DNA of 64,000 bases from an uncultured Gemmatimonadales bacterium (GTDB lineage: Bacteria; Gemmatimonadota; Gemmatimonadetes; Gemmatimonadales; GWC2-71-9): contig CAVZZO010000003.1 of NCBI GenBank assembly GCA_963779755.1, positions 1,728,001 through 1,792,000 of the forward strand. Direction: 5' to 3'. Under the pieces are notes generated by a model. It saw only the letters and a program-made list of their open reading frames with translations, had not been told where the DNA came from and did not search any database. Below, piece after piece: positions 1-9,526 of the stretch (the first letter of the stretch is position 1; the number at the start of each line of letters is the position of its first letter). A program made the translations under genes and the position numbers.

Positions 1-1121
1 GTGGCGTGCATCACGCCGGAGAGCCCGCCGATGATGAACATGGCGATGAATCCCAGCGCAAAGTACAGCGGCGTCTTCATCTGGAGCGAGCCGCCCCAGA
101 GGGTCCCGATCCAGTTGAAGATCTTCACTCCCGTGGGCACCGCGATCAGCATGGTGCTGACGGCGAAGACCGAATCGGCGATCGGCCCCATGCCGGTGGC
201 GAACATGTGGTGGGCCCAGACCCCAAACCCGAGAAAGGCGATGAACGCGCCGGAGAAGACCATGGCCGCGTAGCCGAACAGCGGCTTGCGCGAGAAGACC
301 GGGAGAATCTCCGAAACGATGCCGAAACTGGGCAGGATCAGGATGTACACCTCGGGATGGCCGAAGATCCAGAAGAGGTGCTGCCACAGAATGGGATCGC
401 CCCCGTTCGCCACCAGGAAGAAGTTCGTGCCGAACGTCCGGTCGAGCATCAGCATGATCAGCGCGACGGTGATCACCGGGAAAGCCAGCAGCAGCAGAAT
501 CTGGGTGATGAAGCTCATCCAGGTGAAGATGGGCATGCGCATGAGCTTCATGCCGGGGCCGCGCAGGTTCACGATGGTGGTAAAGAAGTTCACCGCCGCC
601 GCCAGCGAGGCCACGCCGAGGATCTGCAGGCCAATCACCCAGAAGTCCACATTGGGACCGGGTGAAAACGGCCGCTCGGTCAGGTTGGCGTAGCCGAACC
701 AGCCGGTGTTGGGCGCCGCGTTGAGCAGGAAGCTGAAGTTGAGAAACAGCCCGCCCAGAATGAAGACCCAGTAGCTGAAGGCGTTGAGCCGGGGGAAGGC
801 CACGTCCCGCGCCCCGATCTGCAACGGGATCATGTAGTTGAAATACATGGCCGACAACGGCATCACGGCGAGAAAGATCATCGTGGTGCCGTGCATCGTG
901 AACAACTGGTTGTAGGTATCGGGAGAGAGAAACGTGTTTTCCGGCGCCCCCAGCTGGATGCGCACCAGCAGCGCTTCGATGCCCCCGATCAGGAAGAACA
1001 CGAACGCCGAGACCCCGTACAGGATGCCGATGCGCTTGTGGTCGACCGTGGTAATCCAGCTCCAGAGCCCGGTCGGATGGGCGTGTGCGTGGGCGTGCTG
1101 CTCCAGGACCGTGGTTGCCAT
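1..1121 (-). CDS. ctaD: Cytochrome c oxidase subunit I, type A1 (3' end beyond window edge)
   Basis: Manual minus-strand translation from ATG 1121: MATTVLEQH...TTVDHKRIGILY, FTMHGTTM, HLFWIFGHPEVY, WAHHMF, PTGVKIF; downstream of subunit II. Confidence 0.95.
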   Translation of the reverse strand, partial: MATTVLEQHAHAHAHPTGLWSWITTVDHKRIGILYGVSAFVFFLIGGIEALLVRIQLGAPENTFLSPDTYNQLFTMHGTTMIFLAVMPLSAMYFNYMIPLQIGARDVAFPRLNAFSYWVFILGGLFLNFSFLLNAAPNTGWFGYANLTERPFSPGPNVDFWVIGLQILGVASLAAAVNFFTTIVNLRGPGMKLMRMPIFTWMSFITQILLLLAFPVITVALIMLMLDRTFGTNFFLVANGGDPILWQHLFWIFGHPEVYILILPSFGIVSEILPVFSRKPLFGYAAMVFSGAFIAFLGFGVWAHHMFATGMGPIADSVFAVSTMLIAVPTGVKIFNWIGTLWGGSLQMKTPLYFALGFIAMFIIGGLSGVMHA

Positions 1122-1185
1122 GCGTCTCGTTCCTCGAACGTGAACTGCGAGTGCCGGGGCCCGCCTGCGGCGGCCCCCCGAGGTC

Positions 1186-2259
1186 CTACTTGTGAGCTTC
1201 CAGGTAGGCCACCAGCGCCTTGACCTCGTCGTCGGTCAGGGGGCGCGGCAGCTTCATCAGCGCGCCGGGCTTCAGCGCCTGCGGGTTGTGCAGCCAGCGC
1301 GAAAGATTCTCCGGTGTGTTTTCCAGCATATCGGCCACGATGTGGGTCCGGCTCCCCACGTGCGAGAGATTCGGCCCCATCATGGCCATCACCCCGGCCG
1401 TGGGCGTGCCCATCATGGCGTGGCACCCGATGCAGCCGGCCGAGAGGAACAGCTCGCCCCCCTTCGCCCGGGTGGCGCTGTCGGCGATGGTCGCCATGAC
1501 GCTGTCGGAGACCTTGCCGTTGTTCACCATGGGCGAGCCGATCTGCTCGTTCTGCACCCAGGTGGCGAAGGAGTCGGGCGAATCCACCTTCACCCGGAAC
1601 GCCATGCGCCCGTGCTCCTCGCCGCAGAATTCGGTGCACTGCCCGGTGTAGGTGCCGGTATCGGGCGAGGTGAACCAGAGCGTATTGAACCGCTTGGGGA
1701 AGACGTCGCGTTTGCCGGCCAGGCGCGGCAGCCAGAAGCTGTGCACCACGTCGGCGGAGGTCATATAGAGGCTGACTTCCTTGCCCGCGGGCACATGCAG
1801 CTCGTTGGCGGTCACGACCTTCAGATCGGGATAGCGGAACTCCCACCACCATTGATGCCCCACCACTTCCACCCGGACGGTGTTCCGGGGCCGCTCGTAG
1901 GTCTGGAAGATGGCGTTGATGGTGGGAACCGCGATGATGGCGAGAATGACGGCGGGAATGATGGTCCACACCACCTCGACGGTGGTGTTGCCGTGCGTCT
2001 GCACCGGCTCGGGGTCGTTATCCCGGCCCCGGAACTTGAAGATGGCAAACAGCAGCGCGCCTTCCACCAGCACGAACACCAGGGCCGCCCACTTGACGGT
2101 GGTGAAGAAGACGCCGTCCAGGATGGACGTAAAGTCGGTCTCGGGTCGCAGCGAGCTCTGCGGGTAATGAGAGGCGCAGGCCGCCACCAGCAGGACGGCG
2201 ACGAGCGGCACCCAGCCCCGGCCAAGGGCCGGTGCGATACTCACCTTCCGGAGGGACAT
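1186..2259 (-). CDS. ctaC: Cytochrome c oxidase subunit II with C-terminal cytochrome c (caa3 type), lipoprotein
   Basis: Lipobox LVAAC; VEVVWTIIP; GHQWWW; CuA ligands VVHSFW...CTEFCGEEHGRM; heme c motif CIGCH. Confidence 0.95.
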   Translation of the reverse strand: MSLRKVSIAPALGRGWVPLVAVLLVAACASHYPQSSLRPETDFTSILDGVFFTTVKWAALVFVLVEGALLFAIFKFRGRDNDPEPVQTHGNTTVEVVWTIIPAVILAIIAVPTINAIFQTYERPRNTVRVEVVGHQWWWEFRYPDLKVVTANELHVPAGKEVSLYMTSADVVHSFWLPRLAGKRDVFPKRFNTLWFTSPDTGTYTGQCTEFCGEEHGRMAFRVKVDSPDSFATWVQNEQIGSPMVNNGKVSDSVMATIADSATRAKGGELFLSAGCIGCHAMMGTPTAGVMAMMGPNLSHVGSRTHIVADMLENTPENLSRWLHNPQALKPGALMKLPRPLTDDEVKALVAYLEAHK

Positions 2260-2539
2260 GAGGCGTTCACCCTGACGAGAAGAGCTACGCTGACGGAAAA
2301 ATCGTGCGGCACATTACCTACGAAGCCCCGCCTCGTCAAGCACTTAGGCCGGAATGGCGGGGCCGGAAAGACGGCCCCGAAGGCTCGCCTTCCCGGCCCC
2401 GGGCCGCGGCGGCGGAACAGGAGGACATTAGATACGCGGACAGGAAAGGACAACGCCCCCCCGGCCCCGCGGCGGGGAGCCCCGGGCCCGGTTTCTCAAT
2501 TCCGGCTGAACGGCTATCTTGGAGCAGTCACTCCGGCAC

Positions 2540-2575
2540 CCCGGGCGGCCCCGCCGTCCGGGTTACCCTTTTTTT
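2540..2575 (+). terminator. Terminator/attenuator-like hairpin in greA leader
   Basis: 10-bp stem CCCGGGCGGC-ccc-GCCGTCCGGG, then TTACCC and T7, ending 11 nt before the greA ATG. Confidence 0.45.
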
Positions 2576-2586
2576 GTGCGGTCAGC

Positions 2587-3063
2587 ATGATCCAGGAACT
2601 CCGGGACAAACTGGGCAAGGAAATCGAGGCGTTGACCTACGAGCTCAACGTGATGCTGCCGCAGGCGATTGCCCAGGCCGTGGAGCTGGGCGACCTGCGG
2701 GAAAACTCGGAGTACAAGGCCGCGCTCGAGCGGCAGCAGTTCGTGCAGGCCCGCCTGGGGCAGCTGCATCAGCGCATGAGCCAGCTGCACCAGATGAGCA
2801 CCTCCGCCCCGACCGACCGGGCCGGGCTGGGCTCGCGCGTGACGGTCGAAGACCTGAAGACCGGCGAGAACGAAACCTACGTCCTGGTCCTGGGCGAGAT
2901 GGCCGATTTCGACCTGGGCCATGTGTCGCTCGCCTCTCCGATCGGCCGGGCCCTCAAGGACCGGCAGCCCGGCGACGAGGTCGAGCTGCAGCTCCCCACC
3001 ATGAGGCGGCAGCTCCGGGTGGTCGAGGTGATCACCGTGCACGATACCGCCCCGAAGCAATGA
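2587..3063 (+). CDS. greA: GreA/GreB family transcription elongation factor
   Basis: GDLRENSEY motif; C-terminal VSLASPIGRAL...GDEV. Confidence 0.9.
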   Translation: MIQELRDKLGKEIEALTYELNVMLPQAIAQAVELGDLRENSEYKAALERQQFVQARLGQLHQRMSQLHQMSTSAPTDRAGLGSRVTVEDLKTGENETYVLVLGEMADFDLGHVSLASPIGRALKDRQPGDEVELQLPTMRRQLRVVEVITVHDTAPKQ

Positions 3064-3440
3064 CCGACCCGGGCGAATTCCCCGGCCAGAAGCTGGTGGT
3101 GGTGGGCGACCGGGTGCTCATCACCCCCGAAGAGGGGGACGACCGTACCCGCGTCGGCCTCTACCTGCCCCCGACCGCGCTCGAATCCCAGCAGGTCCAG
3201 AGCGGGCTCATCATCGCCACCGGCCCCGGCGACCCGGTGCCCGACCTGGGCAGCTTCGACGAGGAACCCTGGCGCGCCGGCGAGCGGGAACTGCGCTACC
3301 GCCCCATGCAGGCCCGGGTGGGCGACCACGCCATCTTCTTCCGCAAGGCCGCGGTGGAGATCACGTTCGAAGAGCGGAAATACCTCGTGGTTCCCCAGGC
3401 GGCCATCCTGGTCCTGATCCGCGACGAGCTGCCCCTCTGA
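3060..3440 (+). CDS. GroES/Cpn10-like co-chaperonin (orphan, with insertion)
   Basis: VVGDRVLI...GLYLPP...ATGPG...VGDHAIF...KYLVVPQAAIL; ATGA overlap with greA stop. Confidence 0.8.
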   Translation: MTDPGEFPGQKLVVVGDRVLITPEEGDDRTRVGLYLPPTALESQQVQSGLIIATGPGDPVPDLGSFDEEPWRAGERELRYRPMQARVGDHAIFFRKAAVEITFEERKYLVVPQAAILVLIRDELPL

Positions 3441-3492
3441 GGGGCCAGGAGTCAGGAATCGGGAATCAGGGCCGCCTTCCCCCTCCGGCACC

Positions 3493-3885
3493 ATGACGAG
3501 CAGCGCCGCGCGATCCTACCGCCTGGGAATGTGGCTCTTCCTCGGCCTCGGCCTGGTCCTGCTGGGGCTGGCCATCCTGGGCGCCCGCATCGCCGCCGCG
3601 CGAAGCATGGGGCTCCTGGCCCTCGCCGGCTTCGTGGTCTGCCTCGGCATTGCAGCCATGCTCGCCCTCCACAGCCGGCGCGCACTGGTCGAACAGCGTG
3701 AGCACACCGCCCGTATGTCCACCCTGGTGATCATGGCCGGCATCCTCCAGCGCGAGAGCGACGAGACGCTGGAACGGATCGCGGCATCGAGCGGCCCCGC
3801 CGCCGAGGCCGCAACCCTGTTGTTGAGCAGGCGGAGTGGGGAGGGTAGGCAGAGTCGGCCGAGTGGGCAGGACCAGATGTTGTAA
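3493..3885 (+). CDS. Hypothetical membrane protein
   Basis: Two hydrophobic N-terminal helices; same strand as neighbours. Confidence 0.6.
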   Translation: MTSSAARSYRLGMWLFLGLGLVLLGLAILGARIAAARSMGLLALAGFVVCLGIAAMLALHSRRALVEQREHTARMSTLVIMAGILQRESDETLERIAASSGPAAEAATLLLSRRSGEGRQSRPSGQDQML

Positions 3886-3908
3886 GCCGACGATCAGCGG
3901 CCAGACTC

Positions 3909-3932
3909 GTACCGCCTTACCGCCCTACCGCC
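3909..3932. repeat. Three degenerate octamers (GTACCGCC family)
   Basis: gtaccgcc ttaccgcc ctaccgcc, the reverse complement of the GGCGGTAC unit at 28.8 kb. Confidence 0.6.
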
Positions 3933-3945
3933 TAGCTTCCCCTCC

Positions 3946-4485
3946 ATGTGCTACTTCGTCTATCTCGCGACGCCGCTCACCCTGAGCGAGGTGCGGGCCA
4001 TGCTGCCCACCGGGTTGGCCGCCGACGCCCTCCCGATGGAGGAGCAACGCCGGTTCCGCCGCGCGCATCCCGATGCGGCCACCGTCGCGCGGGTACTGCA
4101 CGGCGCCTGCTCCTGCGACCTGGTGCGCGACCGGCAACCGGTGCCCCGGGAAGACGAAACCCATCTCCGCCGCCGGTTCCGGACCATGGGCGTGCCGCGC
4201 GACGAGGTACTCCAGGCGCTGGACGTCCACCGGCGGCTGGAGAGCGACCGCCCGCGGCCGCCGGGATACTGGCAGCAGGCCTTCGCCCGGTTCGTGGCCG
4301 AGCATGCCCGGAACGCCGGCCCGACGCTGTACGCGCTGCATTTCACCCCGGGCGGCCGCGACCGGCCCAGCCTGGAAGGTGACCCGGTCGTCCGCACCGC
4401 CACCGAGGTGCGGGCGGACCCCGCCGGCTGGCTGCAGGAAGCCCGGCCCACGCTGGTGCTCCCGGATCCGGCGCCGGTACGCTGA
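3946..4485 (+). CDS. Hypothetical protein, possible metal binding (MCYF...HGACSC)
   Basis: 179-aa ORF with globular composition; 3 nt before next gene. Confidence 0.65.
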   Translation: MCYFVYLATPLTLSEVRAMLPTGLAADALPMEEQRRFRRAHPDAATVARVLHGACSCDLVRDRQPVPREDETHLRRRFRTMGVPRDEVLQALDVHRRLESDRPRPPGYWQQAFARFVAEHARNAGPTLYALHFTPGGRDRPSLEGDPVVRTATEVRADPAGWLQEARPTLVLPDPAPVR

Positions 4486-4488
4486 GTC

Positions 4489-5421
4489 GTGACCAGCCTC
4501 CCGCCCTCCCGCCTTCCCGCCCTTGATGCCGTCATCGTGGGCGCCGGCCCCGCGGGCCTGAGCGCGGCCTTGATTCTGGGGCGCTGCCGCCGGCGGGTCC
4601 TGGTCTGCGGCAGCGGGCCGCAGCGCAACCTGCTCGCCTCCCACCTGCACGGCTATCTGACGCGCGACGGCATCACGCCGGCCGAATTTCTGCACCGGGC
4701 CCGCATGGACCTCGAACCATACCAGTCGGTGGAACTGCGCGACGCTGAGGTGGTCGAAGCCCGCCGGATCGGCGCCGGCTTCGCCGTCCGTCTCAAGGGC
4801 GGCGAGCGCTTCGAGGCGCGGCGGCTGCTGCTGGCGACCGGGGTGGTTGACGATATTCCGCCGCTGGAAGGGATCGAGTCGCTCTATGGCCGCAGCGTGT
4901 TTCACTGCCCCTACTGCGACGGCTGGGAACTGCGCGACCGGCCGCTGGCGGTTTACGGCCAGCCCGGGCATGCGGCGCTGCTGGCCATGACGCTGCGAGT
5001 CTGGAGCGGCGACCTGGTGGTCTGCACCGGCGGCGCGTCGCCCGAGGCCGAGCACTCGGCCCTGCTGGCACGTCACGGCATCGCCGTGCGCGAAGAGCCG
5101 ATTGCGCGGCTGGAAGGCAGCAACGGGCAGCTCGAGCGGATCGTGTTCGCGAACGGCGAGGGGCTGGCGCGCGAGGCGCTCTTCTTCAGCACCGGCCAGC
5201 GCCAGCACTCGCCGCTCGCCGCCCAGCTGGGCTGCAGCTTCAACCGGAAGGGGGTCGTGAAGACCGGCCGTTGCGAGGCGACCAACGTCCCGGGGCTGTA
5301 TGTCGCCGGCGATGCCAGCGAAGCCACGCAGTTCGTCATTGTCGCGGCGGCGGAGGGCGCCATGGCGGCGTCCGATATCAACGAATCGCTGGAAGAAGAG
5401 GACCGGATCGATCCCGCCTGA
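4489..5421 (+). CDS. Thioredoxin reductase-like NAD(P)/FAD-dependent oxidoreductase
   Basis: GAGPAGLSAA; LLLATG; HCPYCDGWE; TNVPGLYVAGD. Confidence 0.9.
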   Translation: MTSLPPSRLPALDAVIVGAGPAGLSAALILGRCRRRVLVCGSGPQRNLLASHLHGYLTRDGITPAEFLHRARMDLEPYQSVELRDAEVVEARRIGAGFAVRLKGGERFEARRLLLATGVVDDIPPLEGIESLYGRSVFHCPYCDGWELRDRPLAVYGQPGHAALLAMTLRVWSGDLVVCTGGASPEAEHSALLARHGIAVREEPIARLEGSNGQLERIVFANGEGLAREALFFSTGQRQHSPLAAQLGCSFNRKGVVKTGRCEATNVPGLYVAGDASEATQFVIVAAAEGAMAASDINESLEEEDRIDPA

Positions 5422-5508
5422 CCGGCATTCCCACCTGCGCGTTGCTCTCGATTTCCTGAACCAGAGTCTGTCTTACTCGTGTAAGGCAGCACCCGACACG
5501 ACAACCCC

Positions 5509-5524
5509 TGTGACTACAGTCACG
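5509..5524. promoter_or_regulatory. CRP/FNR-family-like palindrome upstream of second oxidase operon
   Basis: TGTGA-ctacag-TCACG, 9/10 match to TGTGA-N6-TCACA. Confidence 0.45.
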
Positions 5525-5594
5525 GCATCGTGTGCACAATCTCCCGCATTTACGCGGGGTGACGGTACAGAGAAGGTTTCCGCATTCCCGGGGC

Positions 5595-6608
5595 GTGCGC
5601 ATCGCTCCTGCGTGCCGGGTCCCGTTCCTTCCGCTACTGGCCACACTCCTGGTCGCCGGCTGCAACAGCCCAAGCTTCATGCGGCCCGAAGGATCGATGG
5701 CGCGGTCGGAGGCGCACCTCGGCTGGTTGCTGCTGATCATCGCCGCGGCAGTCGAGCTCGTCATCTGTGTGCTGGTTCTGCTCGCCCTGTTCCGCCGCCG
5801 CGACTACGGGCTGGGCCTGTACCGCGGCACCGGCACGGGCGTTCGCTGGATCACCATCGGCGGGGTGCTGGTGCCGGTGATCATCCTGGCAGCGGTCTTC
5901 ATCGTGAATCTGTTCACCCTCAGGGCGGTGGCCACCCCGCCGCCGTCGCCCGATCTGCTCACCATCACGGTGACGGGTCATCAATGGTGGTGGGAGGTGC
6001 AGTATCCGGCGGACGGCCCGGGCGAAGCGTTCGCCACCGCTAACGAGATCCACATCCCGGTGGGCAGGAAGGTGCGGTTCCAGCTGCAGACCGCCGACGT
6101 GATCCACAGTTTCTGGGTCCCGCGGCTGGGCGGCAAGACCGATCTCATACCGGGCCAGCGCAACGTGACGTGGCTGGAGGCCGACAGGGCCGGCGTGTAC
6201 CGGGGGCAGTGCGCCGAATACTGCGGCGCGCAACACGGGCACATGGCCTTCGTGGTGGTGGCGCAGAGCCCGGACGAGTTTGCCGAATGGGAGGCCGGCC
6301 AGCGCCGGCCCGCCGCGGCACCCACCGATCCGGTGGCGCTGCTGGGCCGCCGGGTCTTCGAGAACGGCCCCTGTGTCGTCTGCCACACGATCCGGGGCAC
6401 GGGAGCCCAGGGGACGGTGGGGCCGGACCTGACCCACCTGGCCAGCCGCCGCACCATCGCGGCGGGCACCATTCCGAACACCCGCGGCTACCTGGCCGGC
6501 TGGGTGGCCAATTCCCAGGGCATCAAGCCGGGGAACAAGATGCCGCCGATGGCCCTGGCGCCGCAGGAGCTTCAGGCGGTGATCACGTATCTGCAGAGCC
6601 TGCAATAG
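5595..6608 (+). CDS. Cytochrome c oxidase subunit II with cytochrome c, second copy (start uncertain; ORF opens at 5532)
   Basis: Lipobox LVAGC; GHQWWW; VIHSFW...CAEYCGAQHGHM; CVVCH. Confidence 0.92.
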   Translation: MRIAPACRVPFLPLLATLLVAGCNSPSFMRPEGSMARSEAHLGWLLLIIAAAVELVICVLVLLALFRRRDYGLGLYRGTGTGVRWITIGGVLVPVIILAAVFIVNLFTLRAVATPPPSPDLLTITVTGHQWWWEVQYPADGPGEAFATANEIHIPVGRKVRFQLQTADVIHSFWVPRLGGKTDLIPGQRNVTWLEADRAGVYRGQCAEYCGAQHGHMAFVVVAQSPDEFAEWEAGQRRPAAAPTDPVALLGRRVFENGPCVVCHTIRGTGAQGTVGPDLTHLASRRTIAAGTIPNTRGYLAGWVANSQGIKPGNKMPPMALAPQELQAVITYLQSLQ

Positions 6609-6618
6609 GGGGAGGGAC

Positions 6619-8514
6619 GTGGCCACATCCATTGCGGCCCCCACCGTAGCCGAGCGACTGGAAGAACTCTGGCGCACCGAACCGGGCCTGGTCGGGGCGC
6701 TCACGACGGTGGACCACAAGAAGATCGGCAAGCGGTACCTGGTGACGGCGCTGCTGTTCCTGGTGCTGGGCGGCTGCGAGGCGCTCATCATGCGGCTGCA
6801 GCTGGCCGGCCCCAACGAGTCGCTGCTCACGCCGGACCAGTACAACCAGCTGTTCAGCATGCACGGCGTGACGATGATCTTCCTCTACGCCTCGCCCATC
6901 CTGAGCGGCTTCGGCAATTACCTCTGGCCCATCGTGGTCGGCGCCCGCGACATGGCGTTCCCCCGGCTCAATGCCTTCAGCTACTGGAACTTCCTCTTCT
7001 CGGGGATCTTCATCTACACCGCGCTGGTGATCGGGCAGGCTCCCAACGACGGGTGGTTCAACTACGTCCCCTTTGCCTCGCTGACGTACAACCCCGGGCT
7101 GAACATGGATTTCTACGCCCTGGGCCTGATCTTTCTCACCATCTCGACCACCGTCGGCGCGATCAACTTCATCGTCACCCTGTTCAAGCTGCGGGCGCCG
7201 GGCATGTCCATCAACCGGCTGCCCATCCTGGTCTGGGGCACCCTCAGTACTTCCTTCGCGATCCTGGCCAGCCTGCCCGCGCTCACCGCCGCCTGCCTGA
7301 TGCTCTATCTCGACCGGCGGTTCGGCATGCATTTCTTCGACGCCAACCAGGGAGGCAGCCCGCTCCTGTGGCAGCATCTGTTCTGGATCTTCGGCCATCC
7401 CTGGGTCTATATCATCGTGCTGCCGGCCATGAGCATCGCCTCGGAGATCACCCAGACGTTCTCCCGGCGGCCGCTGGTGGGCTATGTCTTTCTGGCGCTG
7501 GCCACGGTGGCCACGACCATCCTGGGCTTCGGGGTCTGGGTCCACCACATGTTCGCCACCGGGCTTCCGGCCATCTCGACCACGTTCTTCAGCGCGGCGA
7601 GCTTCATCATCGCGATCCCCAGCGCGGTGACCATTTTTGCGCTGATCGCCACCATCTGGCACGGCAAGCCGGTCTTCCGGACGCCGCTGCTCTTCGTGGC
7701 CGGCTTCATCGTGCTGTTCGTGCTGGGCGGGGTGAGCGGCGTGGCCACGGCGGCGGTGCCGTACGACTGGCAGCTCACCGACACCTATTTCGTGGTGGCG
7801 CACATCCACTATGTGCTGATCGGGATCAATCTCTTTCCCGTGATCGGCGGGCTGTACTACTGGGTGCCCAAGTTCACCGGCCGCATGATGAACGAACGGA
7901 TGGGCCGCTGGAACTTCTGGACCATGTTCATCGGCTTCAATCTCGGCTTCTTCCCCATGCATATCGCCGGGCTGCTGGGGATGCCGCGGCGGATCTACAC
8001 CTACCAGGCCGGCCTGGGCTGGCATGCCGTGAACCTGCTCACGACCCTGGGCGCGTTTCTCTTTGCGTTCGGCGTGCTGATGTTCTTCGTGAACTTCTTC
8101 TACAGCCGGAAGCGCGGCGAACTGGCGGGCGAGAACCCCTGGGACGGCCCGACGCTGGAATGGGCCGTGCCCTCGCCGGTGCCGCCGTACAACTTCGCCG
8201 AGATCCCCACGGTTCACAGCCGGCTGCCGCTGTGGGAGGGCCGGCTGGACGGCACCAGCGGGATCGTGCACGAGCTCCCGCCGCTGGCGGAGGGCCATGA
8301 GACGATCGGCACCACACCGCTGGATGCCGAAAAGCAGCAGATCCTCCACATGCCGGGCGATTCCTGGTGGCCGCTGCTCACCACGCTCGCGATTACGGCC
8401 GTCTTCTACGGGCTGGTCGGCCGGATCTGGTGGCTGGCGATCGCCGCCGGGGCCATCATGCTGCTGTGTACCGCCATGTGGCTCTGGCCCACGCACGTGC
8501 TGGAGGAGGGCTGA
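6619..8514 (+). CDS. Heme-copper oxidase subunit I, atypical A-family (GHPWVY)
   Basis: TVDHKKIG, SMHG, GARDMAFPRLN, GHPWVY, VHHMF, VVAHIHY, MPRRIY; two extra C-terminal TM helices; RBS GGAGG before GTG. Confidence 0.95.
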   Translation: MATSIAAPTVAERLEELWRTEPGLVGALTTVDHKKIGKRYLVTALLFLVLGGCEALIMRLQLAGPNESLLTPDQYNQLFSMHGVTMIFLYASPILSGFGNYLWPIVVGARDMAFPRLNAFSYWNFLFSGIFIYTALVIGQAPNDGWFNYVPFASLTYNPGLNMDFYALGLIFLTISTTVGAINFIVTLFKLRAPGMSINRLPILVWGTLSTSFAILASLPALTAACLMLYLDRRFGMHFFDANQGGSPLLWQHLFWIFGHPWVYIIVLPAMSIASEITQTFSRRPLVGYVFLALATVATTILGFGVWVHHMFATGLPAISTTFFSAASFIIAIPSAVTIFALIATIWHGKPVFRTPLLFVAGFIVLFVLGGVSGVATAAVPYDWQLTDTYFVVAHIHYVLIGINLFPVIGGLYYWVPKFTGRMMNERMGRWNFWTMFIGFNLGFFPMHIAGLLGMPRRIYTYQAGLGWHAVNLLTTLGAFLFAFGVLMFFVNFFYSRKRGELAGENPWDGPTLEWAVPSPVPPYNFAEIPTVHSRLPLWEGRLDGTSGIVHELPPLAEGHETIGTTPLDAEKQQILHMPGDSWWPLLTTLAITAVFYGLVGRIWWLAIAAGAIMLLCTAMWLWPTHVLEEG

Positions 8515-8516
8515 CC

Positions 8517-9110
8517 ATGGCGACCGCGCAGGTGTATGATCTTCCCGTCAATGCCGAAGGCCGCCGCAACGTGGGCTTCTGGGGCATGATGCTGTTCATC
8601 AGCACCGAGGCGGCGTTGTTCGCCTTCCTGCTGTTCAGCTACTTCTATCTCGGCTCCAAGGCCCGGGGGCCGTGGCCGCCCGACGGCCCGCCCGACCTGC
8701 GGCTGGTGCTGCCCAACACGTTCATCCTGCTGCTGAGCAGCGCCACCTACTGGTGGGGCGAGCGGGGAATCAAGCTGGGACAGCAGTGGCGCCTCAAGGC
8801 GGGGCTGTTCATCACCTTCCTGCTGGGCGCGGCGTTCCTGGTCATCCAGGGCATCGAGTACAGCAATAAATCGTTCACGCCCGCAAGCCACGCCTACGGG
8901 TCGCTCTTCTTCACCATCACCGGCCTGCACGGCACCCACGTGTTCGTGGGCCTGCTGATGAACGTCTTCGTGCAGCTCCGCGCCTGGGCCGGCCACTTCA
9001 CGAAGGAGCGGCATCTCGCCGTCACCAACGCGGGCTGGTACTGGCACTTCGTGGACCTGGTGTGGATCGCGGTGCTGACCAGCCTCTATCTCTCGCCGAG
9101 GTTCGGATGA
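8517..9110 (+). CDS. Cytochrome c oxidase subunit III
   Basis: FISTEAALF; LPNTFILLLSS; FFTITGLHGTHV; WYWHFVD. Confidence 0.93.
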   Translation: MATAQVYDLPVNAEGRRNVGFWGMMLFISTEAALFAFLLFSYFYLGSKARGPWPPDGPPDLRLVLPNTFILLLSSATYWWGERGIKLGQQWRLKAGLFITFLLGAAFLVIQGIEYSNKSFTPASHAYGSLFFTITGLHGTHVFVGLLMNVFVQLRAWAGHFTKERHLAVTNAGWYWHFVDLVWIAVLTSLYLSPRFG

Positions 9111-9526
9111 CGGGCGCCGGGGCCATGAGCGCCCCCTACCGTGGCCGTGCCGGCAACGCGGCGCTCTGGTTCGGCGTGTTCGGCGCGCCGGCCGCCTGGA
9201 GTCTCCACACGCTGGTCGACTATCCCCTGGTGACGTACGGCTGCTTCCCCCGGAACGTACTGCTCCAGCATCCCGCCTTCGGCGGACTCCTGCCCCTGGC
9301 ACTGATCATCAGCGGCGTGCTGATCCTTGCCGGCCTGGCCGCCTGGTGGACGGCCTGGGTCTGCTGGCGCCGTACCGACGGCGACTTCGCCGATGCCGAA
9401 GGCGCCAGGGAAGCCATTCAGGGCCGGGTGCGCTTCATGGCGTATGCGGGGCTGCTGCTGAGCGCTGTGTTCACCCTGGGCATGCTGTTTACCACCCTGG
9501 GACTCATCCTGGTCCCGCCCTGCTGA
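9107..9526 (+). CDS. Membrane protein of alternative oxidase cluster
   Basis: Three hydrophobic helices; ATGA/TGATG coupling on both sides. Confidence 0.7.
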   Translation: MTGAGAMSAPYRGRAGNAALWFGVFGAPAAWSLHTLVDYPLVTYGCFPRNVLLQHPAFGGLLPLALIISGVLILAGLAAWWTAWVCWRRTDGDFADAEGAREAIQGRVRFMAYAGLLLSAVFTLGMLFTTLGLILVPPC

